Below, piece after piece: positions 20,383 through 30,544 of a stretch of DNA of 64,000 nucleotides (positions are counted from its first letter, which is position 1; every line of letters begins with the position of its first letter). Source of the DNA: a virus (lineage: Duplodnaviria > Caudoviricetes); the IMG/VR virus record IMGVR_UViG_3300031992_000030. One strand, written 5' to 3'. The position numbers and the translations under genes were made by a program. Under the pieces are notes generated by a model, which saw only the letters and a program-made list of their open reading frames with translations, did no database searches and was not told where the DNA came from.

Positions 20383-21095
20383 TTAAATTTTATAATAGAT
20401 TTTAATAAGTTTCCATCTTGTGCTATATAAGTTACATCTTTATTCAAACAATGAGAATTCCAATAGGGAGTATCTCTATAAACATAAGTATGTGATGGAT
20501 TAACTCGTGGGTCTAAAATGAATAATTCTCGTAATTCTTCATAGTCCAGTCCATATTTGTTGCATATATCAAAAAACTCATTACAAAAACTGACCTTTGC
20601 GGCCAGCCATGAGTTCTCCATGAACTTGACCATTTCCGCGTATTGACTGTCTACGATTCTAAATTTGTGCGACCCATCGTAACAATGTTGCAGGATTTGT
20701 TGTACATCAATACAATCTTTTCTATCGCCGCCAAGTATTGTAAAATTAAAATCACAATTATTACAATGTTGTGTATTGCCATAATATTCTGGACTAACAA
20801 CAATATGTTTACCGTATTTCTCTCTCAATCTATCACAAGTACCGATTGGACACGTAGATTTAATTACATAGATTTTACTATTATTTTCTTGTATAGCATT
20901 TTCTACCTCTGTCGTATCCAAAGTAGTACCCTTCAACGGGGTGTCAACACAGATAAACGCCAGGTCATATTGTTCGCAGGACCTATGGCCGCACCGGTAA
21001 CCCTCATACTTATCATATACTTCTGGTTTTAATCTTTCTAACTCTTTATAAAGATTTCGACCGACAACGCCATATCCTACAATTAGAACATTCAT
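20364..21095 (-). CDS. UDP-glucose/GDP-mannose dehydrogenase family protein (short, lacks the C-terminal domain)
   Basis: GYGVVG Rossmann motif, FICVDTP, IKST, SPE, AEMVKFMENSWLA.KVSFCNE, DPR, HCLNKD. Confidence 0.85.
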   Translation of the reverse strand: MNVLIVGYGVVGRNLYKELERLKPEVYDKYEGYRCGHRSCEQYDLAFICVDTPLKGTTLDTTEVENAIQENNSKIYVIKSTCPIGTCDRLREKYGKHIVVSPEYYGNTQHCNNCDFNFTILGGDRKDCIDVQQILQHCYDGSHKFRIVDSQYAEMVKFMENSWLAAKVSFCNEFFDICNKYGLDYEELRELFILDPRVNPSHTYVYRDTPYWNSHCLNKDVTYIAQDGNLLKSIIKFNRGRLL

Positions 21096-21667
21096 TTTAT
21101 TTCGCCTCTCTTTTTTCTCCAAGTTATACTACCTTCTCTATTGGAATTATAGAAATAAAGCAATCTTCTTAAATAGCCTCTACTATGAGGAATTTTACTT
21201 AAATCTTTTTGAAATTGAGCATCTGTATTACACTCAAGTTTTTCATCAAATTTAGGTACTATTTCTCTACGATAAATAGCTTTCCAAATTGCTCTGTTTA
21301 TTGGACGTTCCATAATTTGCATTGTTCTGGGGTCTGCCCAACTAAAAAGAATTTCATCTTTCCCAATTTCATCAATAGCTTTTAATAATTGTTCTACATA
21401 GTCCATAGAAATCATATCGTCACTATCTATAAAGGCAATATAATCTCCAGTAGCTTGTGCGATCCCAGCATTCCAGGCCGCACAAGCACCGAGATGTTCT
21501 TTATGTTCTATTATAAATTCGGAGAAAACATCAAAACGAATTTCATTACAACCATCATCAATAAGAATTACCTCAACCTCTTCTGTCTTTTGGATTTGTA
21601 ATTCTTTAAGAAGTTTAATTGTATATTCATATGTGTTGTAATAAGGAATTATAATAGAAAGTTTCAT
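21092..21667 (-). CDS. Glycosyltransferase family 2
   Basis: LSIIIPYYN, LIDDG, NAGI..ATGDYIAFIDSDD. Confidence 0.9.
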   Translation of the reverse strand: MKLSIIIPYYNTYEYTIKLLKELQIQKTEEVEVILIDDGCNEIRFDVFSEFIIEHKEHLGACAAWNAGIAQATGDYIAFIDSDDMISMDYVEQLLKAIDEIGKDEILFSWADPRTMQIMERPINRAIWKAIYRREIVPKFDEKLECNTDAQFQKDLSKIPHSRGYLRRLLYFYNSNREGSITWRKKRGEIK

Positions 21668-21670
21668 TTA

Positions 21671-23731
21671 TTATTCTCCTTCGGGGTTGTAACCATAAAC
21701 TACAAATGAAGGTGGGATTCCAGCATTTACTTCTGGCCCTTCTCCCTCTTCCCATGGAACTAGTATCATATTATATCCAGAATCATCAAAAGCTGTAGAA
21801 CTAACACTATTTGGCGTTCCTAAAAACTGTAATTTATTTATTTTGTTGTAAGGTAATGTAGAAGATTCCATTAAACCTCTCCAAACATCTGAATTATATT
21901 CTCCTGTTACTGGAATAGGACTAATACATACCATCCACTGAGGGTCATAACCTTCTTCACTTTCAACTACAACTACATCACCAGCTAAATAAGTTCTAGT
22001 TGAATCGTAAACTCCTAAGGAATCTGGGAGCCAACCTGATATCAATACAATCTGTTCACCACCGCCATTGAGAATGGTTTTAAAGTTATCATCTTCATAA
22101 ACTATGTCTCCCAAATTGTAAGTGGCAGAATCGTCAAATATTCCAACTACATCTGGGTCGTATTGATCATATGAAGACCAGTAAGAAGTATGAGTGTAGG
22201 AATCTGGTTCATTACCTGTGGTTGGTGCTATACAAGTATGTATGTTACCATTATAAACTACTGTATCTCCTATATTATAAGAAACAGAATTACTATAAAC
22301 AGAAATTTCTGGATAATAACCATCTTTCCATTTATTATAATCAAATTCTTCTGGAGCTGTAACAGGAACAATACAAGTACATGCTTTTGCTGCCACACCT
22401 CCATTATTAACAATTACTACATCGCCAATATCATAAGTCCTTGTTGAATCATACAATCCTTCATTTAATGGACAATAACCCTCTGCCCAATAATTACTGA
22501 TTATACCAGAACCAATAGGTGGTGTAGCATAACAAGTATAATCACTATGATAATCATGACTAAAAATATAATCTCCAATTTGATATTGGGTTTCAGAATT
22601 ATAACTTCCTTCAATATATGGATAGCTGTTAGACACCCACTCGAATTCGCCCTGATCTTCAGGAGGTGACATAGAGGGATTATCAACTAAACAAGTATAA
22701 ATTTGACTGTTGTTACTAGAGCGATCCATTACCACTTCACCGCTGCTATAAGAATTATTTGAATTATAATATCCTTTAAAATTTTTATAATAACTTGTTG
22801 TTTGAGGTTTTACAAACATTTCAACACAAGTATAACTTTCATAGACATCATAGAGTTCATTATAAACAATAACTCCATCTCCCTCGACATAAGTGTTATC
22901 AGGGTTATATAATCCTACAACACCCGGAGCATAAATATTTACCCAATGATCAGAATTAAACTCTTCAGGTGTCTCAATATTATAAATACATGTATAATAA
23001 TTCACTTCTGAATCACTATTATTAATAATTACATCTCCTATTGAATAGGTTGAATTTGGATCATAATTCTTTGCTCCCGCTTGAGGGTTATTAGAATTTA
23101 CAAAAGCATTTATACCAACTTCTTGCACGCTTGCAGGAATGTAAGAAAACTTTAAATTAGAACAACCATAAAATGCTTCTTCTTGTATCTGTTCAACTCC
23201 CTCTGGCAATTCATCAATTTGCAACAATTTTTGATTATAAAAAGCTTTTTCTCCTATTATTGTTGGGGTAGTTTTAAAAGTTAATTTATTGATAAAACTC
23301 GTAGATACTTCACCATGTGGAGGAAAGTTGTCGTCCCACCAAGTTTCAGAAACATCTATACTTTCTGGTATATTTGTTTCTAATATTAAATCTTTATATT
23401 CTCCACATTCATAATCTAAACTACTGTATAAAGCATAAGGCATTATGTCGCCATAACTATCAGCTGAAAGGACAAAACCGTTATCAGCAAATTCAGTAGG
23501 AACAATGCCACACCCGGGCACTGTTCCACCTCCTTCCTGTTTTCCCATTGACTTTTCTTCCCACTTTCCTTCAGTGGTAAAAACATATGTTTTTGAATTT
23601 TCAATACAAAATATTTCACTACCCGGCACGATTCCTACAACTGGAGCCGATTCTATATCGGAGGCATTGTCCGCGCAGAACTTCTTGATGCCGTGCGCAA
23701 TATGATTTCCATTTTGTGTAACTGAATACAT
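21671..23731 (-). CDS. Adhesin: BspA-type LRR interrupted by tandem CBM5/12-like carbohydrate-binding repeats
   Basis: IGEKAF / IQEEAFYGCSNL / VGINAF LRR units; about nine Y...TY..GD.V...Y.C...W repeats. Confidence 0.7.
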   Translation of the reverse strand: MYSVTQNGNHIAHGIKKFCADNASDIESAPVVGIVPGSEIFCIENSKTYVFTTEGKWEEKSMGKQEGGGTVPGCGIVPTEFADNGFVLSADSYGDIMPYALYSSLDYECGEYKDLILETNIPESIDVSETWWDDNFPPHGEVSTSFINKLTFKTTPTIIGEKAFYNQKLLQIDELPEGVEQIQEEAFYGCSNLKFSYIPASVQEVGINAFVNSNNPQAGAKNYDPNSTYSIGDVIINNSDSEVNYYTCIYNIETPEEFNSDHWVNIYAPGVVGLYNPDNTYVEGDGVIVYNELYDVYESYTCVEMFVKPQTTSYYKNFKGYYNSNNSYSSGEVVMDRSSNNSQIYTCLVDNPSMSPPEDQGEFEWVSNSYPYIEGSYNSETQYQIGDYIFSHDYHSDYTCYATPPIGSGIISNYWAEGYCPLNEGLYDSTRTYDIGDVVIVNNGGVAAKACTCIVPVTAPEEFDYNKWKDGYYPEISVYSNSVSYNIGDTVVYNGNIHTCIAPTTGNEPDSYTHTSYWSSYDQYDPDVVGIFDDSATYNLGDIVYEDDNFKTILNGGGEQIVLISGWLPDSLGVYDSTRTYLAGDVVVVESEEGYDPQWMVCISPIPVTGEYNSDVWRGLMESSTLPYNKINKLQFLGTPNSVSSTAFDDSGYNMILVPWEEGEGPEVNAGIPPSFVVYGYNPEGE

Positions 23732-23804
23732 TTATTATTCCTCCTTTTGGTTAGATTTTACTTTAATATTAACACTTCTATTTTTTCTACACAGCCTTTT
23801 GGAA

Positions 23805-24422
23805 TTATACCGGGACAAAAACCTTCATACTATTAATACGGGCTGTAGTTTCTGATATACGAATATAACTTGTTCCTTCCGGTATAGTAATAGCAAACCC
23901 GTTTATTGTGAGCCGTACACGTGTAGGTTCTTTATTTGCATTATAAGCACAACAATATTGACTATCCATTCCAGAACCCCAACTCGTTGATGGAGATACA
24001 TATACCGTATCTACTCCTTCAACATCGATAAAGTCCGTAAGAGACCAACCATTGTAGTTGGATATAGTCCCATTGTTGTCGACATACTTATTTTCTGTGT
24101 TATTATCCGGGTCGTATCTATCGTCCGTAAAGTTTCCACCAATTGGTGCTGGACTGCTTGAAGTAGATGAAAAAGTGGCTTTAACCCATACATCCTCTGT
24201 TTGAACAGGAAATACGAATGTTAAACTATGATTTCCTTCTATTTTGTCTGTCGGCACCAATCCAAATTTAGAAACTTCCCAATCTACTGTCACACTATTA
24301 GTTATACATTTATCAGCAAATGTTACAGAGGTTTCTCCGGCAAAAAGTTTTTCTTTAAGAGTCTTTGTATATCCAGCATATGGTGCTGAATATGAAACTC
24401 CATTTTTCATTAAAATTCCCAT
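23805..24422 (-). CDS. Fibre-associated protein
   Basis: MGILMKNG..Y N-terminus plus L.AGETSVT domain shared with 24441-25967 and the C-terminus of 27297-29330. Confidence 0.55.
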   Translation of the reverse strand: MGILMKNGVSYSAPYAGYTKTLKEKLFAGETSVTFADKCITNSVTVDWEVSKFGLVPTDKIEGNHSLTFVFPVQTEDVWVKATFSSTSSSPAPIGGNFTDDRYDPDNNTENKYVDNNGTISNYNGWSLTDFIDVEGVDTVYVSPSTSWGSGMDSQYCCAYNANKEPTRVRLTINGFAITIPEGTSYIRISETTARINSMKVFVPV

Positions 24423-24440
24423 TTATTACCTCCTTTCATT

Positions 24441-25967
24441 TTATGGTACACAATTAAGATAAACTCTAATTACATTCTTGGTCCAAGGTTTTGTTTGAGT
24501 GGAAAAAAGACCTGCTTGTTCTGGCCATTTTGTACTCCACGCTCCAAGTCCAAGTATAAAACCATCAGTTATTTCAGGTTTATCTATATCACAATTGTCT
24601 CCAGCATATCTTCCATTTGTTACATAATCTATCGCAGTTGGAAAAAAAGCATATTTTGTATAAGTTACTTCAATAACATTTTTACCCCAATTACTGCTTC
24701 GTGGATAAGCTGGGCCTTGTAAATAATTTGCTGAATCTTCATAATTATAATCGTTATAACCAGAACTATCAACATTACTACGAGTTAATTTATAGCGATA
24801 TGTACTGTTTCTATTATATTCACCTATCCAACCCATTTTATCGCCTTGTGCGATAAAATGTTCCATACCAAACATTTTTACTCCATCAGTAGTATAATTA
24901 TTAATTCCATAAAACATTCCCTTTTTATTTAAATCTCCCGTTATTTGAGATCTGCTTTCACGTCCTGTTCCAATCTTATCTTGAATATTATTTGATTTTA
25001 ACATTAGTACGGAAAGTAAAGTAATAAGAATATAATTATTGAATTGAAATAAATACCATTTGTCTGCTCCACAAATATTATTTAATTGACTTCCTTCTAT
25101 GTGCTCTTGCATTGTATATTGTTCAGTAGGCTCTTCGGATTGGTAAAAATCTTTATAGAAATAGCTTTGTTGATTTAAACCGCTTAAACTTCTTACTCTA
25201 CCAGTTGTATCACGGGTGGGAGAATAAATACCCGTATAAAAATGATCTTTTAATTCGCCTTTTGCATCATAAAATGACCAGGCTTCATAATCTTCATCAG
25301 CTTTATAATTTGCTATATAAATATTAGCTGAAGTAGAACTTGTACCATTATCAGGAACAATTTTATACCAGATTTTTTGACCATTTTGTCCCCATTCCAT
25401 CATAGCATTACCCGGAAAGTCAACATTATCAACATCAGAAGGTGTACCATCTTCTTTCTTGGTATAGTCATTAGGATCTAAGTAATAAGCTACTTTACCA
25501 CTATATTTTAACATACAAGGTCTTGGCATAAAAAAAGCATTTTCCCAAGAACCATAGTTAAATTCTCCAGTTGAAAAATTCATTGCGGCAGGGGCCATTC
25601 CTACTGCATCTGCCAAGTATGTTATACAGTTATCTGGATGATTTATTGAGTTATCTATGCGGTAACCGTAGATGATGGGCTCGACAACTGATTCAGATCC
25701 AATATTTGGATTAGTTACTACAATTTTAACGTTGTGTTCAAGTTCTCTTGAGAACAAGACCGCATTTAAAGTACGATCATTTATTTTTTTACTAACCAAT
25801 ATCATATTCTTATCAGACGAATAAAATTTAACAATTGAATCTGAATTTATAAATTTATCAGTAATAGTAATGGTAGATGAGCCGCCAAGAAGAGTTCTTT
25901 CAAAAATTTTACTCTTTACATTACTACTTCTGGTATATTCTATACCGTTTTTAGTAATAGTTGCCAT
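24441..25967 (-). CDS. Phage tail/receptor-binding protein
   Basis: Shared N-terminal adaptor; YGYRID...TYLADAVGM...RPCMLK...GNAMME...VRSLSG...KMFGMEH motifs seen in phage minor tail proteins. Confidence 0.6.
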   Translation of the reverse strand: MATITKNGIEYTRSSNVKSKIFERTLLGGSSTITITDKFINSDSIVKFYSSDKNMILVSKKINDRTLNAVLFSRELEHNVKIVVTNPNIGSESVVEPIIYGYRIDNSINHPDNCITYLADAVGMAPAAMNFSTGEFNYGSWENAFFMPRPCMLKYSGKVAYYLDPNDYTKKEDGTPSDVDNVDFPGNAMMEWGQNGQKIWYKIVPDNGTSSTSANIYIANYKADEDYEAWSFYDAKGELKDHFYTGIYSPTRDTTGRVRSLSGLNQQSYFYKDFYQSEEPTEQYTMQEHIEGSQLNNICGADKWYLFQFNNYILITLLSVLMLKSNNIQDKIGTGRESRSQITGDLNKKGMFYGINNYTTDGVKMFGMEHFIAQGDKMGWIGEYNRNSTYRYKLTRSNVDSSGYNDYNYEDSANYLQGPAYPRSSNWGKNVIEVTYTKYAFFPTAIDYVTNGRYAGDNCDIDKPEITDGFILGLGAWSTKWPEQAGLFSTQTKPWTKNVIRVYLNCVP

Positions 25968-25968
25968 T

Positions 25969-26676
25969 TTATCCCTCCTTTGTTGGTATGAATTTCAAAC
26001 CAGTTACATAGTACCACAAGTGCGAAGAAATAGAATGATTAGTTAAATCAACGAATGTACTATTGTTATAATATAACACTCTCCAAGTATTTAACTGATT
26101 ATTTATGTCTGAACTTCCATAATAACTACTACAAGGTTTCATAAAAATTGAATTGTTTATTTCACATTCATCGTTTGTGGGGCTCGTACAGGTTAAACTA
26201 AGAATCATATTAAAATCAAATAAATTCAATTCTGTATTTATTTCGGTCCAGCTATCACTTTTTTGTCTGCTAAAGATTTTTGTTTCTACAATAGCACCAT
26301 TAGTACATTTAAGTCCAATAATCTGCGTTATATAAACGTAATTGCCCCTTATACGACTTAATGAAGTATCTGAATCTATCCGAAATACTACATGATGTCT
26401 AGTATTTATCATATTACAATTTACGTATGTACTATTTTCATTTGCTACAAAATCCAATATACCAGGTGTAGCATAAGAATGGAAAATAGCATTGTCTGAA
26501 CCTGTATCACAACATACTATTTTAATTATATCATAGTTATGAAAATTATCAGATAAAGTAATTTTTTGTTCTCCTGCAGTACTTTGGTTTTGATATATTA
26601 CTGTTTCAGAAAATTGTGGTTCGATATCAACCACAGATGAGGGATTTACCTCATTTATACATCTATAAAATTTCAT
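25969..26676 (-). CDS. Fibre-associated protein (internally duplicated domain)
   Basis: ET.I...L...F..Y/F..I...GLK pattern occurs twice; lies in the fibre cluster. Confidence 0.5.
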   Translation of the reverse strand: MKFYRCINEVNPSSVVDIEPQFSETVIYQNQSTAGEQKITLSDNFHNYDIIKIVCCDTGSDNAIFHSYATPGILDFVANENSTYVNCNMINTRHHVVFRIDSDTSLSRIRGNYVYITQIIGLKCTNGAIVETKIFSRQKSDSWTEINTELNLFDFNMILSLTCTSPTNDECEINNSIFMKPCSSYYGSSDINNQLNTWRVLYYNNSTFVDLTNHSISSHLWYYVTGLKFIPTKEG

Positions 26677-26821
26677 CTTCTCTCCTTTCTTGCGACAAGC
26701 CGGTCCTGAGAACTTTTTGATTAATTCTTGAGTGTCTCAGGACCACCGGCCGCACATATCTACCTCCTGTTATGTCAAAGATTTGGTGTATCAAATGGTC
26801 ACCTTGTATTTTATACCTCCA

Positions 26822-27310
26822 TCAGTGAACTATTAGATTACCTCTATAAGCTAATGTATTTCTTGCTGTTGTTATCTCTACATCATTCTCTTGATTAAGC
26901 AAGTAAGCATTTATAAAAGATGAATCATTGGAACCATATACTTTCCACGATATAGGATCTCTACCGGGATAATCATTTGCTGTGAACCAAGCAAACTTTT
27001 TGTAAATAGATATATCAAGTCCACCTTGACCAACATCAATGATTACATCTGATCCTGAACTTGGATTCCATACGATAGCAACCTTTGATTTTACACCTCC
27101 ATCAATAAGGGCTGCTCCACTATTTCCATCAAAAGTACACGATGCGGAATAATTGAAAGGATATCTATTATCATTCTCGTCTTGAAACTGAATATCACTC
27201 ATTTGAATATATCCATCAGAATTACCTAATTTAGAGATGTGCCATTTAAAATAGCGAAAAACAGTTCCGGATCCTCCGCCATTTCCACCCATACACTTAA
27301 ACCACGCCAT
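26822..27310 (-). CDS. Discoidin/F5-8-like carbohydrate-binding protein
   Basis: FRYFKWHI...QMSDIQF...LIDG...TANDYPGRDPISWKVYGSND. Confidence 0.65.
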   Translation of the reverse strand: MAWFKCMGGNGGGSGTVFRYFKWHISKLGNSDGYIQMSDIQFQDENDNRYPFNYSASCTFDGNSGAALIDGGVKSKVAIVWNPSSGSDVIIDVGQGGLDISIYKKFAWFTANDYPGRDPISWKVYGSNDSSFINAYLLNQENDVEITTARNTLAYRGNLIVH

Positions 27311-29330
27311 CGTCCCAAACCCTCACTTTCACTCCTAAATCTGACGACCTTTCCTCAAAAGTTAATGTGATTTGCCCTGTTCCAACTACCGCTCCAATAG
27401 GATTAACACCGAAAACATCGGTGTAAAAATCAATCGTGCTGTCAGTAGTTATCGAACTGTCAGTTATTGTGATAGACGTTTCCCCTGCTTTGAGAGTATC
27501 TACCAAGTCGGTGTAGTTTGCACCACTAAGATTTGACATATTATAATTTAATTCGTCAATAGCGTTCTGTACATCAGAAGCAACTAAACCAGAATCTTCA
27601 TTGTCGTAGAGTATGCTTGCAGCTTCGACTGGAGGATTTGTCCCATCTGTAATAAAATATTCTGTTCCATTTAATTTCTCTTCTGGTGTTAATGCATTAT
27701 ATTCTGCTTGAGTTAATTCAATTACAGCTAAATCATTAAGAGCATTCCCAACTGAGCGATTACCATTGATTATAAGGTCACCAGCGAGTACCTCATTACC
27801 TTGCCAATCGAGTGTACGAGCATTAGAACGAGCATCATCAGCAGTACCATTACCTATGATTTCAGCATAAGTATCGTTATTATCACCAACATTATATTTA
27901 CCACCAGCATGTTGGCTTTGACCTGCGGCTATTGTTCCATGGCCCTCTGAGTGAGAATAATCACCTACTGCTAGTGAACCATTACCTTCAGCATGAGATT
28001 GTGCACCAGTTGCTCGGCTTCCAGCACCTTCAGCATGTGACTGTAAGCCACTGGCTACAGAACCAGCACCTTCAGCATGGGATTGATTACCTACTGCTTG
28101 TGAGCCTGCTCCCTCTGCGTGGGAATCAGTTCCAGTTGCAGTTGTACCACTACCTTCTGTATGTGAATTATTTCCTCTTGCATTTGTGTAATTTCCTTCA
28201 GCGTGACTATAATCTCCTATGGCATTAGTACCATTACCTTCCTTGTGTGAAGAAACCCCAGAGGCATTTCCTCCTGAACCTTCGGCGTGAGAATTTTCAC
28301 CAGAAGCGGTAGTTCCACTGCCCTCTGCATGAGAATCTATTCCTGAAGCAGTAGTTACTCCGCCCTCAGAGTGTGCAGCGGAAGCTGTTGCTTTGGTATC
28401 AAGTCCTTCAGCGTGACTATATTGTCCTGTTGTGGCTGAACTTCCTTCAGAATGAGAATATTGACCCTCTGCTATACTGTTATTTTCAGCGTGAGAAGCT
28501 CCTCCTTTTGCTTGTGAACCGTATCCTTCAGCGTGTGATCCATTGTTACCAGAAGCAATTGAACTATATCCTTCTGCATGTCCTGCGTTGGCACCTTCTG
28601 TAGTTTTGCTCTGGTGACCTTCTGCGTGGGAATCAGACCCTTTGGCTTCTGTTTCATTATTTTCAGTATGAGTATGATGGCCTAAGGCTTTTGTGTGCAT
28701 TCCCTCACTGTGAGAATTTGGGCCAGAAGCAATAGTAGTTTCTCCTTCTGCGTGAGAATAAATTGCTGAAGCAGTAGTAGTGCTACCTTCAGCGTGTGCA
28801 TATAACCCAGTTGCTTTTGTAGCGCATCCTTCTGCATGAGAATAATCACCCGAAGCTATTGTACCAGATCCCTCTGCATGGGCATAGCTACCCGATGCTG
28901 TTGTGCTAAGACCTTCTGCAAAAGAATAAGAACCAATAGCAGTATCGGCTTTTCTATTTAAACTAAAACTACCACTACCTGTTGGATTTACCTTATCCAT
29001 TTTGTCATTAGCACTATTCTCTACATTGACCCAAGTGCCAGTGGTTTCATCATATGCTAAAATTTGACCCTCTTGCGGGCTTGCTATTGTGACGTCACTG
29101 AGCTGGTCAATGCTAGAAGCACCACCGCCTCCGCTGCCCTCGGTAATCTCAACCCATTGGCCAACAGTATTAAGCATATATGTTTTCTTTTCATCAGTTA
29201 CATATATCTTACTACCTGGAGCTATTTCTTCTCCATTTACTTCAACAGGAATGTCTTCCATGGTTTTGCAAATGTATCTTTTTATACCATAGCCGACTTT
29301 CCCGCTATTTTCAACTATAAATATAGCCAT
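27297..29330 (-). CDS. Tail fibre/adhesin with YadA-head-like (HAEG) repeats
   Basis: More than 20 xASGxxSHAEG repeats; shares YAEIIGNG..RSNARTLDW.GN with 15973-17190; start at MAIFIV after RBS. Confidence 0.8.
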   Translation of the reverse strand: MAIFIVENSGKVGYGIKRYICKTMEDIPVEVNGEEIAPGSKIYVTDEKKTYMLNTVGQWVEITEGSGGGGASSIDQLSDVTIASPQEGQILAYDETTGTWVNVENSANDKMDKVNPTGSGSFSLNRKADTAIGSYSFAEGLSTTASGSYAHAEGSGTIASGDYSHAEGCATKATGLYAHAEGSTTTASAIYSHAEGETTIASGPNSHSEGMHTKALGHHTHTENNETEAKGSDSHAEGHQSKTTEGANAGHAEGYSSIASGNNGSHAEGYGSQAKGGASHAENNSIAEGQYSHSEGSSATTGQYSHAEGLDTKATASAAHSEGGVTTASGIDSHAEGSGTTASGENSHAEGSGGNASGVSSHKEGNGTNAIGDYSHAEGNYTNARGNNSHTEGSGTTATGTDSHAEGAGSQAVGNQSHAEGAGSVASGLQSHAEGAGSRATGAQSHAEGNGSLAVGDYSHSEGHGTIAAGQSQHAGGKYNVGDNNDTYAEIIGNGTADDARSNARTLDWQGNEVLAGDLIINGNRSVGNALNDLAVIELTQAEYNALTPEEKLNGTEYFITDGTNPPVEAASILYDNEDSGLVASDVQNAIDELNYNMSNLSGANYTDLVDTLKAGETSITITDSSITTDSTIDFYTDVFGVNPIGAVVGTGQITLTFEERSSDLGVKVRVWDDGVV

Positions 29331-29495
29331 TTCGGTTTTCCTCCTTTTCAAATTTTTACCTTCATTGAATTTGAAATTTTATAGATATAAGTTTGTATTT
29401 TTTGTCCAAATAAAAAAAGGACAGAAGATTTAAACTCTTCTGTCCAATTTATTACCAATATCTTGTTCCACAAAATTCACAGTAATTGTTTTTTC

Positions 29496-29942
29496 CTATC
29501 CTTCCTCCACAATAAGAAACCTACCTGTTTTCTGTTCTATTCTATCTGTTTTATACAACCCTTCTGGTTCTATTATATAAACGTGAACATAATCAGGATT
29601 GAGAGTAGAGAAATTAAGACCATATTCATTCACTATCTTCTCTCTCTTGGGTGATAAAATATTAGTTCTATCAGAAACTTGCCAGAAACCCTCGGTATCT
29701 CTCCAAACAAGAACACATTTTAGACTCATATACGGGACTTCCCAACATACAGGGACTAGTCCATTCAGATCTATAGTCAGGCCGCACGCTTCTGCAACAA
29801 GAGGAATTTTGGTATCTGAATTTTCAGTATAATCGAATTTGACAAAATGACTTGTTCTTGTAATTGCCAAACAATAGGGAGAAGCAGTTAATTCTTGTAA
29901 CCAATTAGGATTAACTCTTACATAATCACATATTAAACTCAT
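29496..29942 (-). CDS. Degenerate Rnl1-like RNA ligase N-terminal homologue
   Basis: L...PY...F.Y...SD...V.E..GL.ID...PVC resembles the N-terminus of Firmicute-phage RNA ligases, but no KxDG follows. Confidence 0.4.
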   Translation of the reverse strand: MSLICDYVRVNPNWLQELTASPYCLAITRTSHFVKFDYTENSDTKIPLVAEACGLTIDLNGLVPVCWEVPYMSLKCVLVWRDTEGFWQVSDRTNILSPKREKIVNEYGLNFSTLNPDYVHVYIIEPEGLYKTDRIEQKTGRFLIVEEG

Positions 29943-30008
29943 TTTTTACTCCTTAATTTTTCCTTGCTTTATCAACTTTAATTCTGAATTTACACTTACT
30001 TTCGGACA

Positions 30009-30272
30009 TTATACATCTCCTCCCATATCAGCTCCACAATTTGGACAAAAATTATCAGGAATTACTAAGCTATGCTCCCAGCTGCAATTTGAACATTTTC
30101 TTATCTTATATATTATTCCAAATGCCCCTTGTTCTTCTCCTACTATTATCCAATATCCTTTTGATCTTTCTGATATTCTTATACCTTGATTAACTCCATC
30201 TTTAAAACCCTCATTATAGGCTTTATGTTCCGCTTTGGTTAATTCGCTTCTATTGATTAAATCATCATTCAT
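30009..30272 (-). CDS. Zn-ribbon protein (GxW...CSxC...FCPxCGADM family)
   Basis: Motif visible; paralogues at 30909 and 31584. Confidence 0.65.
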   Translation of the reverse strand: MNDDLINRSELTKAEHKAYNEGFKDGVNQGIRISERSKGYWIIVGEEQGAFGIIYKIRKCSNCSWEHSLVIPDNFCPNCGADMGGDV

Positions 30273-30531
30273 TTTCTGCCTCTTTCGTTGCTATATAGAT
30301 TAACCCCTCAGTATAATCCATATCTTTTATTTCTTCCTCATACTCCTCATATATTTCTGGTATATTATCATAACCAAAGCCGCACTCAATCGCCCATTCA
30401 ACCAAAAGTTTTAATCCTTTGATTTCCTTGATAGCCTTGTCAAGCACTTCATTACTCATATGTAAGTTTAGTAAGATGTTTGTTTCTTTTATAAATTTTA
30501 AATCATCTATTACTTCTTTATCAGTCATCAT
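30265..30531 (-). CDS. Hypothetical protein
   Basis: Operonic, RBS. Confidence 0.55.
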   Translation of the reverse strand: MMTDKEVIDDLKFIKETNILLNLHMSNEVLDKAIKEIKGLKLLVEWAIECGFGYDNIPEIYEEYEEEIKDMDYTEGLIYIATKEAENE

Positions 30532-30544
30532 TATTTACTTCCTC

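Noticed and set aside
16213-28900. Tandem DNA repeats in the two fibre genes as separate repeat elements
   Set aside because: Explained by the 14-aa HAEG protein repeats
14722-29330. Complete diversity-generating retroelement
   Set aside because: No reverse transcriptase and no TR/VR pair differing at adenines seen in this window
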